DNA of 38,038 nucleotides from a virus: positions 1 to 38,038 of IMG/VR virus record IMGVR_UViG_3300047678_000357, one strand, 5' to 3'. Position 1 is the stretch's first letter. The number at the start of each line of letters is the position of its first letter. The position numbers and the translations under genes were made by a program. The notes beneath the pieces were generated by a model that was given only the letters and a program-made list of their open reading frames with translations, did not search any database and was not told the origin of the DNA. Below, piece after piece: positions 1-6,016 of this stretch.

Positions 1-32
1 ATGCAGGTCGTCATCGCAGAACTTGTCAACAT
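1..32. repeat. Terminal direct repeat, left copy (identical to 38007..38038)
   Basis: The first 32 nt (atgcaggtcgtcatcgcagaacttgtcaacat) recur exactly as the last 32 nt. An ORF starting at 37911 reads through the repeat, so this is most simply the assembly overlap of a circular or circularly permuted genome (unique length 38006 bp). Confidence 0.9.
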
Positions 33-78
33 TATAAGACTAGCAAACGGTCTCCAAGTTGGAGGTCTCGAAAAATAA
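1..78 (+). CDS. 3' part of a junction-spanning small ORF (continues from 37911..38006); hypothetical protein
   Basis: Position 1 is in frame with ATG 37911. Reading continues MQVVIAELVNIIRLANGLQVGGLEK to a stop at 76..78, giving 57 aa in the joined ORF. Confidence 0.5.
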   Translation: MQVVIAELVNIIRLANGLQVGGLEK

Positions 79-82
79 AACC

Positions 83-349
83 ATGGAAAAACACACAATA
101 ACATACTTCATAGTAGAGATAGGCGGTGCCGACTTCTACTTCGAAAAATTGCAAGACGCATCAGACTTCTTCGCAAAGCTCGTCAGTTCAACTGGGGAGA
201 AAATCGGTAGACTCGGATATGGAGATAATGCGTACTATTACAAAGAAGGAAAACACACACCAAAAATGTCTCAAGAGACAATGGATGTGTACCAAACAAA
301 AAAAGCAGCAGAGTTCGCAAAACACGAATCTGGAGACAAAGAGGACTAG
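83..349 (+). CDS. Hypothetical protein (88 aa)
   Basis: ATG 83 lies in the A-rich context used genome-wide (aaaataaaaccATG), 4 nt after the previous stop. The track ORF 59..349 starts at TTG. No motif recognised. Confidence 0.55.
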   Translation: MEKHTITYFIVEIGGADFYFEKLQDASDFFAKLVSSTGEKIGRLGYGDNAYYYKEGKHTPKMSQETMDVYQTKKAAEFAKHESGDKED

Positions 350-386
350 TTATCCACTAACACAAATAGCGTCAGCTCGGTATAAT
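350..386 (+). promoter_or_regulatory. Early promoter with upstream TTATCCACT box
   Basis: Box TTATCCACT at 350..358. GCGTCAGCTCGG is fused to TATAAT at 381..386 (box-to-(-10) distance 31). The downstream leader CATTACAAGTTAAC is shared with the promoters at 5234 and 6193. Confidence 0.65.
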
Positions 387-414
387 GTATTCATTACAAG
401 TTAACATTAAAAAA

Positions 415-1128
415 ATGACAGGAACAAATGAAGCAAAAGTAGGTGATCTAGTAAAAAGTGGAGTGGCCAAAATAGCACCAAAAGTGCGAACGATAAACAT
501 GGAGGCTCAACCAAATATATACGGTAAAATAATGAATATCCAACAGGACATTCACACCGTGATAAAGAGTGGATTCAATGACCACTTCAAGTACAAGTTC
601 GCGAAGGAGCGAGATGTGATCGCGGAGGTAAAACCTCTACTCGGTCGCGAGGGTATCGCAATCACCCACTCAGTGCTCAAAGAGGAGGAGATAGAGCACG
701 GTACAACATCGACTGGAGCAAAGAAGTTCCTAACAAAGCTCACAATCAAGTTTCGACTCACAAACGTGAAGGACGTGACAGACTTCATAGAGGCCGATGC
801 AATCGGATCAGGACAGGACGGTGAGGACAAGGGTGTGCCAAAGGCATACACAATGGCACTCAAATACTTCCTCTCAAAGATGTTCCTCATCGAGACTGGA
901 GATGATGCTGAGAACTACAAGAAGGACAGCAAGGGTGGCAAAAACGCACCAGCCAACACCGAGGATAAGTTCTCGACCGCGATGACCATGATCAAGGGTA
1001 GCCGAAACATCGATGGACTCGAGGAGTACGTCGAGAACATGGAGAAGTCGAAAAACTTCACAGCCGCGCAAAAGAATCAACTCAAGAAAGCTGTCAAAAA
1101 TCGAGTGGACGAGATAAGCTCAAAGTAA
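415..1128 (+). CDS. erf: ERF-family single-strand annealing recombinase
   Basis: Contains HFKYKFAKERDVIAEVKPLLGREGIAI and GEDKGVPKAYTMALKYFLSKMFLIETGDD, which resemble ERF-family core blocks. Start set at ATG 415, downstream of the promoter at 381. Confidence 0.7.
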   Translation: MTGTNEAKVGDLVKSGVAKIAPKVRTINMEAQPNIYGKIMNIQQDIHTVIKSGFNDHFKYKFAKERDVIAEVKPLLGREGIAITHSVLKEEEIEHGTTSTGAKKFLTKLTIKFRLTNVKDVTDFIEADAIGSGQDGEDKGVPKAYTMALKYFLSKMFLIETGDDAENYKKDSKGGKNAPANTEDKFSTAMTMIKGSRNIDGLEEYVENMEKSKNFTAAQKNQLKKAVKNRVDEISSK

Positions 1129-1745
1129 TGAAAAAGAAAAAGCTACTAAACCCACGAGGATATCTGAGCTGGACTCAAGTCGACATGTGGCTCCGAAGCC
1201 CAGTCACCTACGCCAGACGATACTTCGATAATGAGGCAGGGTTCGAGAATGATGCAATGAGGTTCGGTAAAGTGACCTCAGATGCTCTAGAACACGATAG
1301 AGCGAACGGAGATGACATCATGCAGGCCGTAATATCGCTCCTGCCAGCCTACGATAAGCCAGAAAACGAGATTAAGGCTCCACTGGACACTCCATACGGA
1401 GAAGTCATTATGCTGGGCAAATTGGACACTTGGAAGCCTCTGGCGTTCCGAGAGTACAAAACTGGCATAGTCCCATGGACTCAAGGCAAAGCTGAAAAGC
1501 ACAAGCAAATCCTCCACTACGCTACGCTCATGTTCCTCACAGAGAAGGTGGTGCCAAAGGCTCACCTCGACTGGATACAGACACGGCGCAATGAAGACAC
1601 AGGAGAAATAGAGTTCACAGGTCACATTCAAGCATTCGAGGTCAAAGTCACCCTTCAGATGATCGTGCAATACATGGCACTCGTCAGCCGAGTGGCAAAA
1701 GAAATCGATACAGAGTATCGAAAAAGATTAAAAGCACTAACATAA
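1128..1745 (+). CDS. PD-(D/E)XK-type nuclease (recombination exonuclease partner of Erf)
   Basis: GKLD ... FREYKTG gives a D-x(n)-E-x-K arrangement. TAATG overlap with the erf stop. Position is typical of an annealase/exonuclease pair. Confidence 0.5.
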   Translation: MKKKKLLNPRGYLSWTQVDMWLRSPVTYARRYFDNEAGFENDAMRFGKVTSDALEHDRANGDDIMQAVISLLPAYDKPENEIKAPLDTPYGEVIMLGKLDTWKPLAFREYKTGIVPWTQGKAEKHKQILHYATLMFLTEKVVPKAHLDWIQTRRNEDTGEIEFTGHIQAFEVKVTLQMIVQYMALVSRVAKEIDTEYRKRLKALT

Positions 1746-1749
1746 AATC

Positions 1750-1941
1750 ATGAGAAAAACTGTTGTAAAAATAGTAATATCCTCAGGATCAGAATGGCAA
1801 AAGCAATGCGTAGAGGAATTAATCAATGCAACGCTTATGGTCACAAAAAATCATTTCGAGGGTAAACATAAAGCAAACAAGTTCGAGTACTCTATCTCCG
1901 ATGAGTATAAAACAGGAGATTTTAACAAGAATAAAAAATAA
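1750..1941 (+). CDS. Hypothetical protein (63 aa)
   Basis: ATG in an aaaatcATG context, same strand, fills the gap between neighbouring genes. No motif recognised. Confidence 0.5.
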   Translation: MRKTVVKIVISSGSEWQKQCVEELINATLMVTKNHFEGKHKANKFEYSISDEYKTGDFNKNKK

Positions 1942-1945
1942 AATC

Positions 1946-2248
1946 ATGACAGATCAAAAAGAAAAGGTATTCCCAGCAGGTTTAGTATACAAACTCCCCC
2001 ATCCAAACGCTCCACAATGGGTCAAGGCAAATCTATCCTTCAAGGTGGATGAGTTCATCGCATGGCTCAAGACCTACAATAACGATGGATGGGTCAATGT
2101 CGATGTAAAAGAGAGCAAAGGAGGCAAAGTATACTGCGAATTAAGCACATACAAGCGTGAACAACCAAAAGCAGACGGCTATGAACGTCACCCTGATGAG
2201 GTAGTCGACTCAGGAGAGGAAATAAACGCCGAAGATATTCCATACTAA
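1946..2248 (+). CDS. Small protein with an SSB-like acidic C-terminal tip (possible ssDNA-binding protein)
   Basis: Start moved to ATG 1946 (aaaatcATG), in frame with track ORF 1826..2248. The C-terminus DSGEEINAEDIPY resembles the bacterial SSB tail ending DDDIPF. Sits inside the recombination module. Confidence 0.35.
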   Translation: MTDQKEKVFPAGLVYKLPHPNAPQWVKANLSFKVDEFIAWLKTYNNDGWVNVDVKESKGGKVYCELSTYKREQPKADGYERHPDEVVDSGEEINAEDIPY

Positions 2249-2253
2249 ATGGG

Positions 2254-2300
2254 TTATGCACAGGCACGAGTTAGACATCAAGGCGTCAGCTCGCTATAAT
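2254..2300 (+). promoter_or_regulatory. Promoter with upstream TTATGCACA box
   Basis: Box at 2254..2262. -35-like TTAGAC at 2271..2276. GCGTCAGCTCGC is fused to TATAAT at 2295..2300 (distance 41). ATG 2310 lies only 9 nt after the -10. Confidence 0.6.
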
Positions 2301-2309
2301 GAACATAAC

Positions 2310-3035
2310 ATGGCACAAAAACGTATGATCGATAAAAAGATATCAGTATCCGAACAGGTGTCGAATCTTAGCATACCAGCTCAACTCCTCTACACATGGG
2401 GAATGCCACACGCTGACGACATCGGACTCCTCCACTACTCACCACGGACGCTCAAAGCGACTCTAGTGCCTATGTGGGACATAACACTCGATGACTTCAC
2501 TAAACTCACAAACGAGATAATCAAACAAAAACTCTGGGAAGTGTATGAGTATAAGGATCAGAAGTTCTACAAGATACTAAACTTCACCCGGTACCAGACT
2601 CTCAAGCGCGATAGACAGCCTCAAACCATCCTAAATGTCGACTACTCCAAGGACGCTAAAGACACTTGGAAAAATTTGGAAAACATTGGTTTCCAATTGG
2701 AAAACATTGTCCACCAAATGGAATCTGAAGGGAAGGGAAGTGAAGTGAATAGAAGAGAAGTGAAGAGAAGTGAATATACCCCACTATTTGAGGAGTTCTG
2801 GAAACTCTATCCAAAGAAAGTAGGAAAACCAAAATCAATGGAACTCTGGAGTAACCTCTCCAAAGACGACATGCAGAAAGCCATAGCGGACATTCCGAAA
2901 CGCAAGGCTGACCGCAAGTGGATCGGTGGCTTCATCAAAGACCCAGAGCGGTACATAAAAAACAAGCAATGGGAGGATGACATCATCGAGGATAAACCAA
3001 AGGTCGAAGAAATCAAGAAAACACACAAAATATAA
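2310..3035 (+). CDS. Putative replication initiator/organizer protein
   Basis: The C-terminal block FEEFWKLYPKKVGKPKS...WIGGFIKDPERYIKNKQWEDD resembles the EFWxxYPKK module common in phage replication proteins. The inter-domain linker is encoded by an iteron-like repeat array (2666..2777). Confidence 0.4.
   Translation: MAQKRMIDKKISVSEQVSNLSIPAQLLYTWGMPHADDIGLLHYSPRTLKATLVPMWDITLDDFTKLTNEIIKQKLWEVYEYKDQKFYKILNFTRYQTLKRDRQPQTILNVDYSKDAKDTWKNLENIGFQLENIVHQMESEGKGSEVNRREVKRSEYTPLFEEFWKLYPKKVGKPKSMELWSNLSKDDMQKAIADIPKRKADRKWIGGFIKDPERYIKNKQWEDDIIEDKPKVEEIKKTHKI
2666..2716. repeat. Iteron-like array of five ~10-bp phased units (candidate origin)
   Basis: Units start at 2666, 2676, 2686, 2697 and 2707: TTGGAAAAAT, TTGGAAAACA, TTGGTTTCCAA, TTGGAAAACA, TTGTCCACCA. 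The 13-mer TTGGAAAACATTG occurs at 2676 and 2697. A perfect 14-nt palindrome TTTCCAATTGGAAA lies at 2690..2703. Confidence 0.6.
2727..2777. repeat. Purine-rich tract with four AAGTGAA repeats
   Basis: AAGTGAA occurs at 2738, 2743, 2758 and 2768. Tandem GAGAAGTGAA(G/T) at 2755..2775. The + strand is strongly purine-biased here, directly after the iterons. Confidence 0.55.
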
Positions 3036-3328
3036 TGGCACGAGTAAAAATCAGAGGAAGAAAGGATGCGATCGAGATTGAGGACTCTCGCGCACGACAA
3101 ATCAAAGTCCTCCGCTTCGGACGACCAGACGGCACAGGTAAAGCGGACCCACACGATGACCTCGACCTCGGTGACGACTGGGCAGGAATGCTCGGACAAG
3201 TCGACTGGATAGAGCTCGACAGAGTGGTGAAGCCAAGCCAGACCAAAGCGGTGCAAGTGAATGCGACAAGAACAGTCAAAATAGTCCCAATTGACTACAC
3301 ATTACAAGAGGGAGAATCATTAATCTAA
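3035..3328 (+). CDS. Hypothetical protein (97 aa)
   Basis: TAATG overlap with the upstream stop. No motif recognised. Confidence 0.55.
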   Translation: MARVKIRGRKDAIEIEDSRARQIKVLRFGRPDGTGKADPHDDLDLGDDWAGMLGQVDWIELDRVVKPSQTKAVQVNATRTVKIVPIDYTLQEGESLI

Positions 3329-3329
3329 A

Positions 3330-3575
3330 ATGGAAACAAAACCAAAAATGCCGGATATCGGCACACAATACCGAAAGGTACTCGATAAGCTCCTCGAGGT
3401 GAACGGAGCATGGGTCAACAAGCAGGTATTCATCCGAGAGATGTACCTTACCCAAGCAGGCATGGTCATCTGGAACCTTGAGAATAAGTTCCACTGGCCG
3501 ATCGAACATAGTGACTTCACAGACGAGTTCGGGTTCAAAAGTTATAGGATAACGCCGTCAGGCACACTCTTCTAA
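3330..3575 (+). CDS. Hypothetical protein (81 aa), possibly winged-helix-like
   Basis: ATG 1 nt after the previous stop. The size and the pattern KVLDKLLEVNGAWVNKQVFIREMYLTQAGMVIWNLE are compatible with a small DNA-binding fold. This is weak. Confidence 0.4.
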   Translation: METKPKMPDIGTQYRKVLDKLLEVNGAWVNKQVFIREMYLTQAGMVIWNLENKFHWPIEHSDFTDEFGFKSYRITPSGTLF

Positions 3576-3576
3576 T

Positions 3577-3798
3577 ATGAAACCAGAAAAAATAATTGTC
3601 AGAGTCAATGAAGATGATCCAAAAGCAAATTGGCCGATACGCCTCGACATCAATGAGGCACGATCAATGCTCGCGAAAGTCTACAAAAAGCCAGAACGGT
3701 CGATAAAATCAATCATGAATGGGAATGTGGTAAAGACCAAGTACGGAAAGTATATGCATATAAAAATATTCGAAAAATCATACAAAACAGAAACATGA
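3577..3798 (+). CDS. Hypothetical protein (73 aa)
   Basis: Tightly packed; ATGA overlap with the following methyltransferase gene. Confidence 0.5.
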   Translation: MKPEKIIVRVNEDDPKANWPIRLDINEARSMLAKVYKKPERSIKSIMNGNVVKTKYGKYMHIKIFEKSYKTET

Positions 3799-4787
3799 AA
3801 TACTTATCATTATTCAGCGGAATCGGAGGATTTGAACTCGGTATACAACAAGCACATGAAATATATAATCTGGGGAGGACTACAAGTACATCAGACACCA
3901 CGAATGGACGACATCAGTCCGTGTTTGACGACAGCAATGGGGATGGGGGGAGGTCAAATCCCGATTGTATTGGATTTAGCGAAATTGACAAATATGCAAC
4001 GCAAGTTTATCAACAACATTTTCCCAACCACAAAAACTATGGAGACATTACAAAAATTAACGCAGAAGAACTCCCCAACTTCGATATCCTCGTTGGTGGA
4101 TTTCCTTGTCAAGCATTTTCAATCGCAGGGTTACGACGGGGCTTTGAGGAAGCTCGGGGAACCCTCTTCTTTGACATTGCGAGAATACTGTCAGCGAAAC
4201 AGCCTAGATTATTCCTCCTTGAGAAGGTTAAAGGATTGCTCAGTCACGATGATGGACGCACTTTTAGGACCATTATCTCCACGCTTGATGAGCTGGGGTA
4301 TGACCTGCAATGGCAAGTGCTTAACAGCAAGAATCACGGAGTCCCCCAGAATAGAGAAAGAGTGTACATTGCAGGACATCTTAGAGGAACACCCAGACCC
4401 GAAGTATTTCCTATCGGATCAGGCGATCAAGAATATATTCGAGAAGCAGACGAGCAAAGGAGCGCTTCTACACTTACTGGACGGTCAGCAGGTGGACAAA
4501 ACAGACGAGGAAACTACATAATCCACAACGTGTATGGAGGCTTCGGAGAAGGAGTGAGAAAGTTCACAGACTACTCTCCCACCATACGAACTGCAGCAGG
4601 AGGTGGACATATACCTGCGGTGGTCGATGGAATGAAAGTAAGAAGACTCACACCAGTCGAGTGCGAACGCCTTCAAAGTTTCCCAGACGGTTGGACAGAA
4701 GGAGTCAGCGACACTCAACGTTACAAAATGCTTGGAAATGCAGTGACAACAAATGTGATCAGAGACATCATGATAAAACTACTATAG
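3795..4787 (+). CDS. DNA (cytosine-5)-methyltransferase
   Basis: Motif I is FSGIGGFELG, motif IV is GGFPCQAFSIAG, motif VI is LLEKVKGL (ENV-like), motif VIII is QNRERVYIAG. Also SPTIRTAAGGGHIP, RRLTPVECERLQSFPDGWT, and motif X GNAVTTNV. A ~36-aa insertion lies between motif I and IGFSEIDKYA. Confidence 0.85.
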   Translation: MKYLSLFSGIGGFELGIQQAHEIYNLGRTTSTSDTTNGRHQSVFDDSNGDGGRSNPDCIGFSEIDKYATQVYQQHFPNHKNYGDITKINAEELPNFDILVGGFPCQAFSIAGLRRGFEEARGTLFFDIARILSAKQPRLFLLEKVKGLLSHDDGRTFRTIISTLDELGYDLQWQVLNSKNHGVPQNRERVYIAGHLRGTPRPEVFPIGSGDQEYIREADEQRSASTLTGRSAGGQNRRGNYIIHNVYGGFGEGVRKFTDYSPTIRTAAGGGHIPAVVDGMKVRRLTPVECERLQSFPDGWTEGVSDTQRYKMLGNAVTTNVIRDIMIKLL

Positions 4788-4834
4788 TAGTCGAGTGACA
4801 TAGAAAAGGCATTTACTATATCAATCAAACAACA

Positions 4835-5278
4835 ATGAAAGCAACATCAGCAATAGCAAAAGGAAAAAAACTCGAAGACCACGTGGCAGAGCAAATACGC
4901 TCCAAAGGTATAGACCCCCGGGCGTATCGTTCTCATGGATCAGGAAACACAAATACCGAAAAAGGTGATATTTGGACGTCTATGATGATACTCGGTCAAA
5001 ATGTCGGAATCGAGTGTAAAAACCATAAAACATTCGCAATACCAGAGTGGTGGAGACAAACACGCAAACTCGAAAGTCTTGGCCGTGAGCCAGTGCTGGT
5101 GTTCAAAGAAAATCATGCACCAATGGGAGACACATTGTGTGTGATATATCTCGATACGCTGCTTGAGATGGTCAAAGAGGTAAAAGAGCTCAGAGATAAA
5201 CTATCTACTGGACAAAGGATTGATGAGCTTGGGTTGTCCACAGCCTCGCCATTGACTAGTAGCGACAGCTCGCTATAA
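4835..5278 (+). CDS. Putative PD-(D/E)XK Holliday-junction-resolvase-like nuclease
   Basis: GKKLEDHVAEQIRSKG ... GDIW ... GIECKNHK gives a G-x3-E / D / E-x-K arrangement reminiscent of Hjc-type resolvases. Confidence 0.35.
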   Translation: MKATSAIAKGKKLEDHVAEQIRSKGIDPRAYRSHGSGNTNTEKGDIWTSMMILGQNVGIECKNHKTFAIPEWWRQTRKLESLGREPVLVFKENHAPMGDTLCVIYLDTLLEMVKEVKELRDKLSTGQRIDELGLSTASPLTSSDSSL

Positions 5279-5279
5279 T
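5234..5279 (+). promoter_or_regulatory. Early promoter with upstream TTGTCCACA box (inside the 3' end of the preceding gene)
   Basis: Box at 5234..5242. -35 TTGACT at 5252..5257, then a 16-nt spacer containing GCGACAGCTCGC, then TATAAT at 5274..5279 (distance 40). Leader TTATTACAAGTTAAC follows. Confidence 0.7.
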
Positions 5280-5306
5280 GTAGTTATTACAAGTTAACGT
5301 AACAAT

Positions 5307-5840
5307 ATGTTCAAAGAAAAAACAATTGAAAAGCGAAAAGAATCAGTGGCAAAGACGTCAGCGTACATCACTCGCACTGAGAGCTTTGCTGCTAAAATCA
5401 AGAAGGTCGGTTACAACAACAGTCTGGTAGTACTGAGTCAAAGGTGGTATCACAATCAGCTCAACAAGTTCAAAGACGGAGAAATGGTGACCCTAGAAGT
5501 CCACAACCGTAAAGCAAAACGAACGGAGCAACAAAATCGATACTACTGGGGAGTGTACCTTCCACTCATTGCAGCAGAAAAAGGTGAAGGTGACCTCGAT
5601 GCCCTCCACGAACTATTCAAAGGAAAGTTCTTGACCAAAGAAATCAAGGAAGTGCTCGGTGAAAAAGTGAGACTCAAAAAAAGCACCACAGACATGGGAG
5701 TCGGAGAGTTCTGTGAGTACGTCATGAACATTGAGAACCTCACACAAGTCACAGCACCTCCAACGGAAAACTACGACCTCGCTCCTCTTCGTGGTGATAT
5801 CCACAGCGAGCCGTCGCAATCTGACGACAGTCTGCTATAA
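5307..5840 (+). CDS. NinB/Orf-like recombination-associated protein
   Basis: KRTEQQNRYYWGVYLPLIAAEKGEGDLDALHELFKGKFL resembles the QNxxxW block of NinB/HNHc_6-type phage proteins. Assignment is tentative. Confidence 0.4.
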   Translation: MFKEKTIEKRKESVAKTSAYITRTESFAAKIKKVGYNNSLVVLSQRWYHNQLNKFKDGEMVTLEVHNRKAKRTEQQNRYYWGVYLPLIAAEKGEGDLDALHELFKGKFLTKEIKEVLGEKVRLKKSTTDMGVGEFCEYVMNIENLTQVTAPPTENYDLAPLRGDIHSEPSQSDDSLL

Positions 5841-5841
5841 T
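5797..5841 (+). promoter_or_regulatory. Promoter with upstream ATATCCACA box (inside the 3' end of the preceding gene)
   Basis: Box at 5797..5805. GACGACAGTCTGC is fused to TATAAT at 5836..5841 (distance 39). It is followed by a 175-nt non-coding stretch. Confidence 0.55.
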
Positions 5842-5853
5842 AAAATGATAGTG

Positions 5854-5999
5854 TCCTGCAAGCTGGGGATGTGCTGAGTTAGCTGCTCATAAACGGACCA
5901 CTTTAAGTCGGTGACGATAGGTGCGCATTCAGGAATCACATGGTGGATGACAGGGAATGTTGATCCGAACCAAACCCGACCCGTCTTCAGTTTGCAGGA
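5854..5999 (+). ncRNA. Candidate structured RNA or structured 5' leader (~146 nt), family unknown
   Basis: 5854..5868 (tcctgcaagctgggg) pairs with 5985..5999 (cttcagtttgcagga) as 12 Watson-Crick plus 3 G:U pairs, so the helix is only intact on the + strand RNA. Further helices: ACGG 5893/CCGT 5981, GTCGG 5907/CCGAC 5976, GGTGGAT 5942/ATCC-ga-ACC 5963. It starts ~13 nt after the -10 at 5836. Confidence 0.45.
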
Positions 6000-6016
6000 T
6001 GGTATCAAACAAATCT

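Noticed and set aside
2807-3256. Long minus-strand ORFs throughout the track, for example 2807..3256, 9513..10016, 13959..14498, 22877..23311, 32837..33280 and 37038..37541.
   Set aside because: Each lies fully antisense to a + strand gene that has recognisable motifs or tight operon packing. Their translations are low-complexity or Ser/Cys/Leu-rich shadow sequence, and no promoter or terminator signals were seen on the minus strand.
4788-4834. A possible promoter upstream of the Hjc-like gene (GTGACA ... TACTAT).
   Set aside because: The spacer is only 13 nt, and neither the TTATCCACA-type box nor the GCGACAGCTCGC block is present. The gene is more likely read through from the upstream unit.
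5262-5279. Resemblance of GCGACAGCTCGCTATAAT to single-subunit phage RNA polymerase promoters (T7 CGACTCACTATAG).
   Set aside because: No RNA polymerase gene is present; the largest ORFs are structural. The elements also have ordinary TATAAT hexamers and, in several cases, sigma70-like -35 hexamers at 16-18 nt spacing.
5854-5999. Identity of the structured RNA as a TPP riboswitch (GGGG..CTGAG present) or a hammerhead ribozyme.
   Set aside because: The sequence has CTGAGT rather than the conserved CTGAGA, lacks the ACCTGATCTGGATAATGCCAGCG-type pyrimidine-sensor helix, and has no CTGANGA/GAAA hammerhead core. The family is left unassigned.
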